Shown here piece after piece: positions 63,511 through 64,000 of a DNA stretch of 64,000 nt (positions within the stretch are counted from its first letter, which is position 1; each line of letters opens with the position of its first letter). This DNA is from Podarcis cretensis. Taxonomy: Eukaryota. The stretch lies in assembly GCA_951804945.1 (NCBI GenBank), contig OX638152.1, forward strand, positions 104,284,001 through 104,348,000, written 5' to 3'. Below the pieces are notes generated by a model. It saw nothing but the letters and a program-made list of their open reading frames with translations. It made no database searches and had not been told where the DNA came from. The position numbers and the translations under genes were made by a program.

Positions 63511-64000
63511 GATTTTATTGTAACTTTCTGTAAGGGAAATTTTATCGGTGAAGTGCCAAGGCCCATGGCTACAGCAATAAAGTTGTTGATGATGACAAAA
63601 TGGAAAGTGGCTTGTTGGTAGCTTAGTCTCTTAGCTCCTTATCTCTGGGTTTCACCCTAAGTTCCAAGTCCTACATGGGCTGTTAATTTACTAGGAATTT
63701 AGATGTGAGAAGATTAGATGCAGCTTTGGTTCCAGGGACGAAAGCATGCATGCTTTATTCCTTTCTCCAAGCTCCTTCAGACACACAGCATACTTGTTTG
63801 AATATTAATGAGCTTCTTTTACATCCATCACCTCCAGAATGTATTAATGCTGCCTACAAGTGATTTCCTCTAGAGGCTGTTAAAGCCTCATGGAAGGAAC
63901 CTATTTATCGTCAAGAGCTGGCAAAGAGCACACGCTGTATGTCAGTGGATAAAGACCTCTTCCTAGAAATGAGCGATAATCAGAGAGAGGATATTTCACA

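Noticed and set aside
1-64000. CRISPR arrays, rRNA/tRNA genes, prokaryotic operons
   Set aside because: None seen; the sequence is vertebrate repeat-rich DNA, and its short tandem repeats lack unique spacers

Overview
Vertebrate genomic DNA from a squamate reptile, probably a lizard. Sauria SINEs, BovB with a (CAA)n tail, and squamate-type CR1/L2/L1 fragments support this; a lacertid origin is my inference. The window is mostly intron-like or intergenic, and no multi-exon host gene can be assembled. The only host-gene candidate is a single signal-peptide-like exon at 9726-9771 (+). Repeat content: (i) three insertions of one Penelope-like (Neptune-type, GIY-YIG) retroelement family at 2328-4371, 11145-11295 and 61276-61481. 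All are inverted (fold-back), carry a 38-nt minimal hammerhead ribozyme and are flanked by a 13-bp target duplication; two are 150-200 bp ribozyme-centred mini-elements. (ii) A complete but decayed Mag-type Ty3/Gypsy provirus (31728-36728) and a related solo LTR. (iii) Two or three other solo LTRs, BovB/RTE, L1, CR1, L2, Sauria and other SINEs, Tc1/mariner, Tigger, Harbinger- and hAT-like MITEs, and microsatellites. Most short ORFs in the supplied track are spurious. Family names come from motif recognition, not database searches, and boundaries of old repeats are approximate.
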